Positions 52,312-63,482 of a stretch of 64,000 nt of DNA are shown here, in pieces; position 1 is the first letter of the stretch, and each line of letters opens with the position of its first letter. Under the pieces are notes generated by a model. That model was not told the origin of the DNA, ran no database searches, and saw only the letters and a program-made list of their open reading frames with translations. Location: NCBI GenBank assembly GCA_963703955.1, contig CAVPGK010000010.1, positions 96,001 to 160,000 of the forward strand, written 5' to 3'. Source of the stretch: Nitrospirota bacterium. GTDB taxonomy: Bacteria > Nitrospirota > Nitrospiria > Nitrospirales > Nitrospiraceae. The translations under genes were made by a program, and so were the position numbers.

Positions 52312-55122
52312 TCACTGCACATCCTGCCTGAGTCGTTCGAGTGCGATCTGAAATTGAACATTCCCCGGCTGAAGCTCAGCGGCTTTCTGTAGCAGCGTGA
52401 TGGCCTGCTTGGGATGATGTAACGCTTCGGCGGCTTGTGCGGCTAGAAATAGGGCGTCTGCGTTGCTGGGCTCGCGTCCAAGTACCTGATGCCCCAGGTC
52501 CCACGTCATCTCATGGTGTCCCAGGAGTAAGTGAGCCTGGGCGGCTCCCAGCAAGGCGAGTGTGTGATCGGGACTGACTCGAAGCGCGTATTCGAGCTGC
52601 ACGAGCGCGTCTTCGGGTTCGCGCCGGTGCAACAGCGCCATGCCGATCGCGGCGCGTGGCTCGGCCTGATCAAGTTCCTCTCGGGCAATGCCCGAGACGG
52701 TCGGAAATTCTTTCGTCTTGAACTTCCTTAAGAGGTCACGGTTCTGCACGCCGGTCTCGAGATACAGGGCTCGCGGGGCCGAAAACTCCAGCGGTAGGCG
52801 GTCGTCGGTGTTTAAGCCCGCACCGTCGGAAAATCGGGCTACGTCTTGCTCGGTGAGGATAAAATACCCGAAAAGCCCCGCCCATCTCACAATCCCGACC
52901 CGGTTCAGGTCAGGCCGGATTGCCGGCAGCGACTCATAGCGAGTCTTGAGCCTGTCCACATCGAACGGGGCAGCCTCAGCCCTGCCGAGCAACAAAAGGT
53001 CGCCGCTCCCGGTTCCCCATACGGTCGTCTGCGGGAACACACGTCGAAACGTTGCGATGACCATCCGCAGGTCTTCCACTTGCAGGTTGTAGTCGTGAAT
53101 CCACTGGACCATGGCGCCGCCCGAACGCAGATGCTGACGGGCCAACTGAAAAAATTCCTGGGAAAAGAGAGCGGCCAGTCCGCTGATCCACGGATTGGAC
53201 GGCTCGGAGATGATGACATCATAGTCAGCATCGCTGGTCGACAGGATATGCCGCCCGTCCGCGACGATGAGGCGGACGCGCCGGTCTTCCAACACGTTGC
53301 CGTGTTCCTTCGCGAAATAGTCCGAAGCCTGTACGACGGCCGGTTCGATTTCGATCACGTCAAGACGCTCGATCGGATGGCGTGCCGCCGCACCGGCGGT
53401 CATCCCGCTCCCCAGGCCGATCAACAGGACGGCTCTCGGATCAGGGTGCAACAGAAGGGGAAGGTGGGCCAACATGAGCTGCGTTGACAGATCCACGCCG
53501 GTGCCGCCGTCGGCCTTCCCGTTCACTTTAAGGGAGAGGTATGGACCTTTTTGATGGACCGAGACCGTGCTGCTGATCCCATCGCGATAGAAAAGGAGGT
53601 CGTCTCCGGAGAGCTTCTGTCGCAGCGTCGTGTGACCCGTCGCGTCGCTGTACTTTTTGGCATAGACCGCGGGTCCGCTGGACATAAGGTGGCGATCCCA
53701 GGGTGGTAGCGCCAGGACGAGGATGGCGACGAACAGCGTCGCTGCGGACACGCTCCATCGCCAGGCACTTCGCGGCCGATTCGGTGCCATGATGAAGAGC
53801 GCGAGACCGAGAAGGAGGTTGATTGCAATCCCGAGCTGAATCGATCCGTGCACGCCAAAGGCCGGGACCAGGAGAAATCCTGCTGCGAACGTTCCAGCGA
53901 TGGCACCGACTGTATTGGCCGCATAGGCCTCCCCCACCTGCTGCCCGACGCGACCTTCGCCGGACCTGAGCAAGCTCAGAGAGCATGGGAGTGTGGCCCC
54001 GATCAGCATCGCCGGCAGCAGCAGAACGCTGATGCTGAGCGCCGCCTGGAGCCATAGAACGAACATCGAGGAATGCGACCATGCCCACGCCGTGAGAAAC
54101 CAATCGGGCATGTGTTCGAACACGAGTACGGTGGAGAGGGTAGCGAGGCCAATCCCGGTTTGGATCATGCCAAGGGCCGTCAAGCCGCCGCGGAATTTGG
54201 CCGATCCCCATGCGTACACCGCACTCCCCACGGCGATTCCGAGCAGGAAAGCCACCAACATCGATGAGAATGCGTAGGTCGAGCTGCCGATCACCAGTGC
54301 GAGCGCCCGGGTCCAGGCTACCTCGTAAATCATCGACACAGCTCCTGATACGCCAAGGGTCACGAGGATCAGCCACACAGCGACGCGTGGCTGATCCGCA
54401 CCGTCCCGTTCCGCGGGCTGGGGCCGGGATAAAGCGGCGGGCGAAGATGAGCTCTCAGCCGACACACGGGCGGCAACGTCGAACTTTCCTGTGTTGGCTT
54501 TGGCCTTGGCCGTGTACGCGATGACCACGAATCCGACCAAAACGTTGGCGATGGCCGCTATGGCCAACGTCCTTCGATTGCCGAAAGCGGGGAGCGCCAG
54601 ATAGCCGGCCAGAAGAACGCCGAACACAGCTCCCGCGGTGTTCATCGCATACAGCATTCCGACGCTGCACCCGAGATTGTTCCCCGGCCGGAACAGAGCA
54701 TGACTGAGAATCGGCAGGGTGCCGCCCATGAAGGTGATGGGAACAAGCAGGAGAGCGAAGGTCAGCAAGAACCGGACAAGACCAAAGGCTTCAAGAGACA
54801 GCCCGAACGAACGTTGGAGATGGATGTAAAGACCGGTTGCGAAGGGCAACAGGATCGGAATGGCCGCCGCAAGGACGCCAATGCCGATTTCCAGCAATCC
54901 GTAGACCCGAATCAGATCAATGAATCGTGACGTCAGACGGCCAAAGATTAGGCTACCAAGAGCCAGCCCCGCCATGAAGGCGGCGAGAACAGTCGTCAGG
55001 GCATAGACGGTGTGACCAAAAACAAGGCCGAGCATCCGAAGCCAGACAACTTCATAGATCAGCGCCGTGGCTCCCGAGATGAAAAAGCAGGTAAAGAGAA
55101 GGACGCGAACGCGCCGTGGCAC
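52312..55122 (-). CDS. Membrane-fused spermidine synthase-like protein with C-terminal TPR
   Basis: SGATALIYEVVW TM repeats, LLIGLGSGMT, VIEIEPAV, DVIISEPSNPW and NTDDRLPLEF. Confidence 0.88.
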   Translation of the reverse strand: MPRRVRVLLFTCFFISGATALIYEVVWLRMLGLVFGHTVYALTTVLAAFMAGLALGSLIFGRLTSRFIDLIRVYGLLEIGIGVLAAAIPILLPFATGLYIHLQRSFGLSLEAFGLVRFLLTFALLLVPITFMGGTLPILSHALFRPGNNLGCSVGMLYAMNTAGAVFGVLLAGYLALPAFGNRRTLAIAAIANVLVGFVVIAYTAKAKANTGKFDVAARVSAESSSSPAALSRPQPAERDGADQPRVAVWLILVTLGVSGAVSMIYEVAWTRALALVIGSSTYAFSSMLVAFLLGIAVGSAVYAWGSAKFRGGLTALGMIQTGIGLATLSTVLVFEHMPDWFLTAWAWSHSSMFVLWLQAALSISVLLLPAMLIGATLPCSLSLLRSGEGRVGQQVGEAYAANTVGAIAGTFAAGFLLVPAFGVHGSIQLGIAINLLLGLALFIMAPNRPRSAWRWSVSAATLFVAILVLALPPWDRHLMSSGPAVYAKKYSDATGHTTLRQKLSGDDLLFYRDGISSTVSVHQKGPYLSLKVNGKADGGTGVDLSTQLMLAHLPLLLHPDPRAVLLIGLGSGMTAGAAARHPIERLDVIEIEPAVVQASDYFAKEHGNVLEDRRVRLIVADGRHILSTSDADYDVIISEPSNPWISGLAALFSQEFFQLARQHLRSGGAMVQWIHDYNLQVEDLRMVIATFRRVFPQTTVWGTGSGDLLLLGRAEAAPFDVDRLKTRYESLPAIRPDLNRVGIVRWAGLFGYFILTEQDVARFSDGAGLNTDDRLPLEFSAPRALYLETGVQNRDLLRKFKTKEFPTVSGIAREELDQAEPRAAIGMALLHRREPEDALVQLEYALRVSPDHTLALLGAAQAHLLLGHHEMTWDLGHQVLGREPSNADALFLAAQAAEALHHPKQAITLLQKAAELQPGNVQFQIALERLRQDVQ

Positions 55123-55341
55123 GGCACTCTTTTAACACGATTATCGTATTGACGCTAGGCCTCGGGTTGCCTTCCTCAATCCGGTGCTATCGGGAGATTG
55201 AGCCAGGACGTGAGAGCATGTATAAGTAAGTGCGCGAGCATCGACAGCGCTCATGGCATCCATCGAAGACGTCTATCTGTCCTGGCTCATGAAGACGAAA
55301 GATGATGCAATCCCGGCGGAAGTTAGAAAGGAAATACACCC

Positions 55342-55944
55342 ATGACGTCATTCCTGTTCACTCCTAGGGTTGCCGGTCTCTTCGTTGCGCTTCCTCACGC
55401 TCTGGAGAGATGTGGCTGGTTGGTGCTGACCATCAGCCTGCTCTGTGCCTCCCTTAGTTGCTCACCGTTGCCACGCAAGTATCTTCATCAGGCAGAGCCG
55501 GGCGTGACGCTCACGGACCTCGTCACGAATCCGGACATGTATCGTGGGAAAGTGGTCATCTTGGGCGGAACGATCGTCGAAGAAAAACAGGACAGAGGCC
55601 AACTGTGGCTCCGCATGCGGAACCGGCCGCTCGATGAGGATTATCGCCCCCATCGACCACCTCTACTCGAGGGCCCTGAAGCTGGTCGCTACTGGGTGCT
55701 GCTAAGTCCCGACAAGATTCAGAAGAACTATAGGAATTGGGCCCGTGTCACGGTGGTCGGGCAAGTGGTCGGCATGAAATCGAGCACAGGTCAGACGGAT
55801 CAAGGCGATGAGCCGGTCCTTGCCGCGATGTATCTCCGTGGCTGGGGAGGATCCTCGCATAAGGATGCGTGGGAAGATTTCGAAGACCCCAATTATAAGG
55901 TCCGCGCGCCGGGAGGAATCCATGGCGAGTTTGGGGGCCCGTAA
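55342..55944 (+). CDS. Slp-family outer membrane lipoprotein
   Basis: Lipobox SLSC; NPDMYRGKVVILGGTIV...RPLD...GRY...VTVVGQV. Confidence 0.8.
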   Translation: MTSFLFTPRVAGLFVALPHALERCGWLVLTISLLCASLSCSPLPRKYLHQAEPGVTLTDLVTNPDMYRGKVVILGGTIVEEKQDRGQLWLRMRNRPLDEDYRPHRPPLLEGPEAGRYWVLLSPDKIQKNYRNWARVTVVGQVVGMKSSTGQTDQGDEPVLAAMYLRGWGGSSHKDAWEDFEDPNYKVRAPGGIHGEFGGP

Positions 55945-56257
55945 ATGTGAGGTAGTTCGAAGACACTAGGCGCTTGGACACTTGGTAGCCCTGCGAAACC
56001 TCCATCCTCGCATCGCTTTTACCATCCCGCTGGATTGATGCCCCGCGAGTACAACTACGTATGAGCCTCCGTATTGGCTCTTTAAGAGTATAGATTGCGC
56101 TGACGTTCAGATGTAATCAGGGGATAGGGAACCCCTTGTGGCTGCGCGAGCGAGTGGTACACTTTGTTGCCGACAAACGGGCGTGATTCTGCACCGGGCC
56201 CCGGTCCGTGAGGCGGGGTGCCCGTCCCAATACTTGGACTGTAAGTCAGGAGGCGAC

Positions 56258-56890
56258 ATGGCGACACTTATCATGGAAACATCGAAGTCAGCGCAACGCC
56301 GACGTCGGTTCGCCATTCACAAGATGCAGAAGGCGTACGCGGTGCATACCGGACTTCTTCTCTTCCTGTATTCATCTGTGTTTTTTGTGCTCGCGTTCTT
56401 TGGTCCCCACGTGGCACCCGCCATCACATTGTTCACCGACGGGCCCCTCCAAGAACGTGAGATTGCAGCCAAAGAACTCTTGCTGCTGAGTGAGACGGTG
56501 TGGGTCGCGATCCCTGTCCTGTTCTTTGGCGCAGTCATATTTGCTCTGGTGTTGACCCATCGCGTGGCGGGCCCACTCCACCGCCTGGAGCAGAGCACGA
56601 AAGCCTGGGCTCAGGGCCATTTGTCATGGCGCATCCAATTTCGCAAGGCCGACCAGCTCGAAGACCTCTCCGATTCGGCGAATGCCGCCGTTGAGAACAT
56701 CGAACGGGCGTTTCTTGCAATCCATGCCCAGAGCCAACGTGGCCAGAGAGCCGTTGAGCGAATCCTCGAAGGCCTGAAGCTGGATCCTGCAGCCCAGGGT
56801 AAGTGGGTTGGAGGCTTACAGGAATCCGTCAAGGCTTTGCAGGAGATCGATTCCGTGTTGACTCGATTCCGTTTTACGAGAACGCGGTAG
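56258..56890 (+). CDS. Two-TM HAMP-domain protein
   Basis: LTHRVAGPLHRL...GHLSWRIQFRKADQLEDL; AGGAGG RBS. Confidence 0.75.
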   Translation: MATLIMETSKSAQRRRRFAIHKMQKAYAVHTGLLLFLYSSVFFVLAFFGPHVAPAITLFTDGPLQEREIAAKELLLLSETVWVAIPVLFFGAVIFALVLTHRVAGPLHRLEQSTKAWAQGHLSWRIQFRKADQLEDLSDSANAAVENIERAFLAIHAQSQRGQRAVERILEGLKLDPAAQGKWVGGLQESVKALQEIDSVLTRFRFTRTR

Positions 56891-56906
56891 GTCATAACAG
56901 GAACAC

Positions 56907-57503
56907 ATGAGAAGATCCAGTCGTCCTGTCGGCGAGCAGGGATTCACGTTGATTGAACTGATGGTGGTCCTGGCCATCCTCGGCATCCTTGTCTCCATCG
57001 CTAGCGTCTCCTATCAAGTGTTTATCAAGAAAGCCATTACGGTTGAGGCGGAAACAGCGCTGCACGAGGTGAATCGACTGGAGAATCTCTATCATCAGAC
57101 TCACTCGCAGTATTCGTCTGATTTGACCGCCCTTGGCTATGCGCCCACGCCGCCCTTGAGATACTACACGCTTGAAGTTCGGACCGGAGCGGGGGGTATC
57201 GTCTATCAGGCGATAGCTAAGCCTAAGGGGTCTCGACCCGCAGATCCGTGGGTGTTGACCCGCTATGAAAACGGGACCACGGTTCTCGAACAAGGTGGTC
57301 CTTCGACGACCGGCGGCGGCCCTGGGCAACCATCATCACCGGACTCTGACTCTGGTCCCGGCGCGAAGTCGGCAGAGGATACCAGTTCTTTGGCCGGGAA
57401 AAATAAGTCATCGGGTGGTGAAGTCACCGACATCGTGCCTCTCACGCTCACGACCAATCCCTCAATGATTACCGGTGGGTCAGCCTCCTCCGGTGGCAAG
57501 TAG
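56907..57503 (+). CDS. Type IV pilin-like protein (PilE/PilA-like) with a Ser/Gly/Thr-rich tail
   Basis: Prepilin cleavage motif QG/FTLIELMVVLAILGILVSIA. Confidence 0.85.
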   Translation: MRRSSRPVGEQGFTLIELMVVLAILGILVSIASVSYQVFIKKAITVEAETALHEVNRLENLYHQTHSQYSSDLTALGYAPTPPLRYYTLEVRTGAGGIVYQAIAKPKGSRPADPWVLTRYENGTTVLEQGGPSTTGGGPGQPSSPDSDSGPGAKSAEDTSSLAGKNKSSGGEVTDIVPLTLTTNPSMITGGSASSGGK

Positions 57504-57942
57504 GGGGATCATCTCGGTCAATCGAAGCCCCGCGGTGTACTGTCTGAAATCCTCGCTGCTCTTCGAGGCGATACTTCCCTGTCGCGAGAATCTCATCATG
57601 ATTAAGCGCGCGGGCCGGCCGCAAGGCAAAGTGGTTGAGGCCCGCTACCTGATGTGCCCAGGATTTTCAATCAAGGTCTACTTGACTCCGTTCAATCCAG
57701 GTCGTATCTTGCCACGGGGAGGAGTTGAACGTCCCGAGGGAATATTGACGAAATGGGGGTCGAGCGCTGAGGATGGTGTGCAAGCCCAGCTTGACTGGGA
57801 AGCCTGAAATCCTCACCAAGATCTCCACCGTGTCTAAACGCTCCTCGGGGAGCGTGCTCCTCCCCTTTCTCCTTCCATATTCCACTCCTGTCTGCTCATG
57901 AAGATTCTGCGGCCTTGAGCCTTTACGGACCCACGGAAAGGA

Positions 57943-58149
57943 ATGGTCGTGACCATCGATGAAGGGCGACAGCGAATCGAATCGGCTATCGCTCAATTTG
58001 GCCCGCAAGCGGGGATGGCGATCGACCTGGTGATCAAAGAAGTGCGTGGCGACCAAGGGAAAGAAGCCGCGAACGAACTGATCGAGGAGTTTGACCTAGA
58101 GCTGTGCTACAACATCGCGCCGATTGAGGAGATAGGATCGGGCGACTAA
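57943..58149 (+). CDS. Small acidic hypothetical protein
   Basis: 68 aa helical ORF with GGAAAGG upstream. Confidence 0.55.
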   Translation: MVVTIDEGRQRIESAIAQFGPQAGMAIDLVIKEVRGDQGKEAANELIEEFDLELCYNIAPIEEIGSGD

Positions 58150-58315
58150 CATCCCACGACGTCTTGGTCCCTTCTTGGTCCCCTCTGTTCGTTCCTCTCC
58201 TGTGAAACATGAGAATCGGCCACCGCAAGCGATGAACGTGAGTTCACTTCCCCTTTGATCAGACTTCTGCTAAAAGATCGTGACGTAGAAGTGGCTCCGT
58301 GAGCAATGTCGGATT

Positions 58316-59591
58316 ATGCAGTTGATTCACACCGTAACCATTCTCATCTGTTTGTCAGCGCTTTTCAGCTACGTCAACCACCGCTGGATCAAGTTGCCGT
58401 TCACCATCGGCCTCATGGCCATTGCTCTGGCGATGTCGCTCATACTGGTCCTGCTCGGCAAGCTGGGATTTGGGCTGGAGCGGCAGGCGGAGGCTTTCAT
58501 TCGCGGGATTGACTTCAACGCGACTGTGTTTCACGGGCTTCTCAGTTTTCTCCTCTTCGCCGGCAGCCTGCAGATCAACCTCTCTGACCTGTTTGAAAAA
58601 AAGTGGTTTATCGCAACGCTGGCGTCAGTTGGTGTGGTGCTCTCCACGTTTATGGTCGGCTTTCTCGCCTACTGGTTGTACGGACTGGTGGGACTCCAGG
58701 CGCCGCTCGCCTATTGTCTCTTGTTCGGCGCGCTGATCAGCTCTACGGATGCGGTCGCGGTCATGGGCATCCTCAAGAGGGCCAAGGTGCCCAAAGCTCT
58801 CGAGATCGAAATTACGGGTGAAGCCTTGTTTAACGACGGAGCGTCGGTGGCGATCTTTATCGTGCTGTTCGGAATGGCGACAAAAGGGAAAGGCGACCTT
58901 GGGGTCGGGCGTTGAACTGTTTCTTGTCGAGGGCGTCGGTGGGGTCGCGCTTGGCCTCACCGTCGGCTATCTCGCCTGTCGGATAATGAAAACGGTTGAT
59001 GCGCGACAGGTCGCCCTGCTCATTACCCTCGCTGTCGTGATGGGTCTTCATGTGCTCGCTGACTTCCTGAACACGTCGAGTCCTATCGCTGTGGTCGTCG
59101 CCGGGCTTGTAATCAGCAGCTATGGACGATTTCGGTCGATGTCTGAGCAAACCCGTGAATACATCGATACATTTTGGGAGCTACTCGACCAATTATTGAA
59201 CGCCGTGCTGTTTGTCCTCATTGGCTTAGAGGTGCTGACACTGAGTTTCAAGCCGCACTACCTCGAAGCCGGCTTGATTGCGATCCCTGTCGTGCTGCTG
59301 GCGCGTTACATCAGCATTGCTCTTCCAGCCCGCCTGTTTAGCCCGGTCCGTGAGTTCAGCCGACGCGCCACGCTCATCCTGACCTGGGGAGGCTTGCGCG
59401 GGGGCATTTCTGTCGCGCTGGCGCTGTCGTTGCCGCAAGGGGAGATGCGTGACGCGGTGGTCACCGTCACCTATATCGTCGTGGTCTTCTCGATTCTGGT
59501 TCAGGGTCTTAGCCTCGGCAAAGTGATTCAGGCGACCGGTCTACCGGCCCGGGTTCATCAAGAGGCGGTCCCGCTCGTGCCGGGCGCATGA
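58316..59591 (+). CDS. CPA1-family Na+/H+ antiporter (NhaP-like; frameshift near 58905)
   Basis: LFGALISSTDAVAV, ITGEALFNDG, DTFWELLDQLLNAVLFVLIGLE and TWGGLRGGISVALAL. Confidence 0.9.
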
Positions 59592-59752
59592 GCCCTCCGG
59601 ACGTACGACCTTGTGCCGAATCACGTGGTCTTATGAGATACCGAGTCGCTATTTTCGGCCCCACCCATCATGAGACTCATGAGCAAGAGTACGAAGGAAC
59701 TCAGAAAGCGACAGGGTGACGAAGACGCCGACTGGCCCTAGACTTTGAGGTC

Positions 59753-62263
59753 TTATTCTTTGAGCCCTGTGACGTTGTGGACCGAGACGGGCCGGCGGAA
59801 CCCTTTCAAGTTCAGGGTTCCGACCGGCTCGGTGCAGACAACGTCTTTCACCAGTTCCATGAGGCGATCGGAGATAAGGATCTGCCCGTGTTGAGCTTCG
59901 CCGCACAGCCGCGCGGCAAGATTGGTGACAGTCCCGATCGCTGCGTAATCTTTGCGTCCTTCGAACCCAATCACCCCCAGGGTAGCATTGCCGGTAGCGA
60001 GACCAATGCCACCCCCCAGCTCGAAGCCTCGCGTCATCCATTGCTCCTGAAGCTTGATGACGTAGTTCCGCATGGCAAGTGCCATTCGGATCGCCTGCTC
60101 GGGATGATTCTGGACCGGGACGGGATCGTTCAAGAAGATCATCATGGCATCTCCGGAGAATCGTTCGACGGTTCCCTTATGCTCGGTGATGACCGGTCCC
60201 ATGGTGGCCTGATACTCCCGCAGCACGGCTATGACGTCTTCTGGTTCGGCAGTTTCAGCAAAGGCGGTGAAACCCCTCAGATCGATGAACACAACCGTTA
60301 CTTCTCTCCGATGACCTTTCAGGAAGTCTTCGGCCGTCCCAGATAGAATCAAGTCACCGAGTTGTGAGGGAAGGAACCGCGCGAGCTTCTCCTTTTGGAG
60401 CGCTAGGAGTTCCCGCTCCTGACGACGCCCCCGGATCAGGTTGCCTACACGAGCAAGCACCTCCTGCTCATCAAACGGCTTCGCAATGTAGTCATCCGCG
60501 CCTGCCTCGAGCGTTTCGACGCGGGCGTCGGACCCGGCCCGAGCGGTTAGAAAGATGATGGGAATCATGCGGAGAGTTTGATCATCCCTCACTGCCTTCA
60601 AGAGGTCATATCCGCTCATGCGCGGCATCATGGCATCCGTCAAAATGAGATCAGGATGATTGGACCTAACTAGTTCCAGGGCCTCGACCCCGTCCTTGGC
60701 CAACAGGATGCGGTAATAGGTTCGCAACATGCGGGCCAAGTAAGTCCGCATGTCGGCATTGTCATCCGCCACAATCACCGATGGGAGATCTCTATTCGAC
60801 GGAGATGCGATTGCATCGGGGGACAATGGAGCTTCGGCGCCGGCCTGGACGGTGGCCTTCAGGATGGTCTCTTCTTCATCAATCGACACCATGTTCTCAA
60901 GCGTCGCTGCTCCCCGAGGCAGCGTCATCGTGAAGATTGACCCACGACCCGGCTCGCTCTCGACGGCGATGGTTCCTTTATGCAGGGTCACCACTTCTTT
61001 GACCAATGCCAAGCCTATCCCGCTTCCCTCGAAACGGCGGGTGGCGCTGCTTTCGACCTGCGTGAATCGATCGAAGATACGATCCCAGTGCTCCCGCGGT
61101 ATGCCGATCCCATTGTCCTCGACCTCAAGTTCCGCGGTGGTCTCTGTTGCTCGCAATTTCAACCACACCTGGCCTTCCTCCGAATCACAGAATTTGAACG
61201 CGTTGGATAACAGGTTGTACAGCACCTTCTTGATTTGGCGAGGATCGGCTTCGATGGCAACGGGTTGATCCATCCCTCGGTAATGAACCCGTCGTCGTTC
61301 TGAAGACTCGAAATTAGCCGCAACGTTGCGGATCAGCGTGGTGAAGTCGACGCAGCGTCTATTCAATTCAACGCGCCCGCTATCAAAACGAGCCAGCTCC
61401 AGCAGTTCGTTGATGAGGGAAAGCAGCCGTGAGGTGTTCCGCAATCCGGTGTGCAACAGTTCCTGTGACTCCGGTGTGGATGAAAACTTTTGAAGTGTCT
61501 TGAACATGCCGAGAATCAGAGTCAGGGGGGTACGTAGTTCATGACTGATGTTGGCGAAGAACTCGCTTTTTAAGCGGTCCAACTCCAAGAGTTTCCGGTG
61601 GGACCCTTCCAGCTCTTTTCGAGCGCTGCGCTCCGCGAGGCGCGACTTGAATTCCGCCTGTTGCAGGCGCTCATAAAGACTGACCGAAATGATGAGGGCG
61701 ACACAAGTCCATACGAGAAAGAAGGAATTTTGAATGGCTGCATACGCGTCGGCGCCGCCCGGCTGGCTGATCAGATTGGCCGTGTAGTAGTAGAGCAAGG
61801 TGCCGACTTGAGCCGTCAGGTGGCTACGCCAGGACACAGGGACGATGACGGCTGCGGCGAGGAAAACCAGGCTCAGTCCGTTGTAATACTGGGAGGAGAA
61901 TCCACCAGTCAGCAGGGTCATATGAACAACGAGCGCATTCGGCCAGAGGATCCAAAATGCGAGCAGCACTGGCGGTTTGAGCCGAATGAGCTGCTGCCTT
62001 AAGCTCAGCAAACCGATGAGCAAGCCGAATTCAAGAAACACGCGGATCAGGAAGAGGGAACGCAGCGCCTCAGGATGGATCAGAATGTCGAGAATAGAGA
62101 AGACCGGATTGGCAATCAGCCCGACGAGATACAGAACCCAGAGCCGTTGTCCGGCGAAGCGATCACGCCACTCTGCATAACTTTCTGATGTGTCCGGGCT
62201 CCCGGACTGTTGGCCTGTGCTCTGCTCGTCACGTGGGCGGCTGGGTTCCGGCTTCATGATCAC
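59753..62263 (-). CDS. Membrane hybrid histidine kinase - receiver - class III adenylate/guanylate cyclase
   Basis: N-terminal TMs; FFANISHELRTPL; NLLSNAFKF, DNGIGI, GSGIGLALV; REC (ADDNADM, LTDAMMP, KPF); cyclase VFIDLRGFT, RFSGDAMM, AIGTVTNLAARL. Confidence 0.9.
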   Translation of the reverse strand: MIMKPEPSRPRDEQSTGQQSGSPDTSESYAEWRDRFAGQRLWVLYLVGLIANPVFSILDILIHPEALRSLFLIRVFLEFGLLIGLLSLRQQLIRLKPPVLLAFWILWPNALVVHMTLLTGGFSSQYYNGLSLVFLAAAVIVPVSWRSHLTAQVGTLLYYYTANLISQPGGADAYAAIQNSFFLVWTCVALIISVSLYERLQQAEFKSRLAERSARKELEGSHRKLLELDRLKSEFFANISHELRTPLTLILGMFKTLQKFSSTPESQELLHTGLRNTSRLLSLINELLELARFDSGRVELNRRCVDFTTLIRNVAANFESSERRRVHYRGMDQPVAIEADPRQIKKVLYNLLSNAFKFCDSEEGQVWLKLRATETTAELEVEDNGIGIPREHWDRIFDRFTQVESSATRRFEGSGIGLALVKEVVTLHKGTIAVESEPGRGSIFTMTLPRGAATLENMVSIDEEETILKATVQAGAEAPLSPDAIASPSNRDLPSVIVADDNADMRTYLARMLRTYYRILLAKDGVEALELVRSNHPDLILTDAMMPRMSGYDLLKAVRDDQTLRMIPIIFLTARAGSDARVETLEAGADDYIAKPFDEQEVLARVGNLIRGRRQERELLALQKEKLARFLPSQLGDLILSGTAEDFLKGHRREVTVVFIDLRGFTAFAETAEPEDVIAVLREYQATMGPVITEHKGTVERFSGDAMMIFLNDPVPVQNHPEQAIRMALAMRNYVIKLQEQWMTRGFELGGGIGLATGNATLGVIGFEGRKDYAAIGTVTNLAARLCGEAQHGQILISDRLMELVKDVVCTEPVGTLNLKGFRRPVSVHNVTGLKE

Positions 62264-62375
62264 TCAGCTAATGAAAATGCCGTGGACGGTGACAGACCGT
62301 CGCCAGGCTGTCGGCTACAAGAATGCGGGTGGAAGGTGAGTCGATGAAGAATTGGTGTCCGTCGCTCTCCGAGCC

Positions 62376-63482
62376 TCATGGTATTGTCGTGATGGCCTTG
62401 CCTGATTCAACCTCTACATCGAGTCCCGGTCCCCAAGGGGACTGGAGCGTAGGGCCGGAGTATTGATAGCCGCCTTTCACGGGGTCAGCGGCCAGCAGGA
62501 GCGGGGTGTCGAGATCGAGCACTTCGAATCCGCCGAGTCCCAGGGCCATGGCAAATGAGCAACCCATGCCGATTCGGGTCTCCACCATCCCGCCGATCAT
62601 CAGTCGCAAGCCGGACGCGACTGCGAATGCCGCAATGTCCATCGCTTCCAACACGCCGGTCTTCATTATCTTAATATTAATGAAATCGGCGGCCTCGGCG
62701 CGTACGAGGTTCTTCACATCCTGAATGGACCGAACCGACTCGTCGGCTGCCACCGGAATACCCCCGTCGCGGCGCAAGGCAGCCATCCCCTCTAAGTCCT
62801 CACGTGGAACCGGCTGCTCCAATAGCACGACGTTCCCTGCATACTGTCTGACCTCTTTTATGAAGAATCGACAGACTTCTTGTGTGAAACCCTGATTGGC
62901 GTCGGCGATCAGGGCGATGTTGGGAAAGATACGGTGAAGGGCTTCCAAGCGGCGGATGTCTTCATCCACATCGGCGCCGACCTTGGTCTTGAACAGACGG
63001 AACCCCTGGCTGTACCAACCGCGGGCGAGCATCACTGTGTGATCGAGGTCGGTAATAGGAATGGTGATGTCCGTTTCGCGGTCCCTCACGTCGGCTCCGC
63101 CCCAGAAACCCCAGAGTGGGGTGCCGACTGCTCGACAGAGCGCATCGAGCAGCGCGGTTTCCAGGCCGCAGCGGGTGGCCGGGTGGGACGGAGCGATGTC
63201 GTGGAGCTGGCGGGCGATCCGTCTATAGTGGATGGCGGGTTGTCCCACCATGACCTTGGCAAGCTGCGGGGCAATCTGTTCGCAGGAGGAGCGAACTTCG
63301 CCGCCGACCTCCGGGAATGGCGCCATTTCCCCATACCCGTGGGCTCCGCCCTCTAGTGTGAGTCGAACGAACACATTCTGAGCTGCGCCCTTCCGGCCGG
63401 TCGCTACGACGAACGGGTCGGTGAGGGGAATATCAACCGGCCAAACTTCGACTTTCGTGATGGTGTATGGATCACCGCTCAT
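62376..63482 (-). CDS. Dipeptide (L-Ala-D/L-Glu) epimerase, enolase superfamily
   Basis: FKTKVG, ADANQG, LEQP, ADES, NIKIMKTG and DLDTP. Confidence 0.88.
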   Translation of the reverse strand: MSGDPYTITKVEVWPVDIPLTDPFVVATGRKGAAQNVFVRLTLEGGAHGYGEMAPFPEVGGEVRSSCEQIAPQLAKVMVGQPAIHYRRIARQLHDIAPSHPATRCGLETALLDALCRAVGTPLWGFWGGADVRDRETDITIPITDLDHTVMLARGWYSQGFRLFKTKVGADVDEDIRRLEALHRIFPNIALIADANQGFTQEVCRFFIKEVRQYAGNVVLLEQPVPREDLEGMAALRRDGGIPVAADESVRSIQDVKNLVRAEAADFINIKIMKTGVLEAMDIAAFAVASGLRLMIGGMVETRIGMGCSFAMALGLGGFEVLDLDTPLLLAADPVKGGYQYSGPTLQSPWGPGLDVEVESGKAITTIP

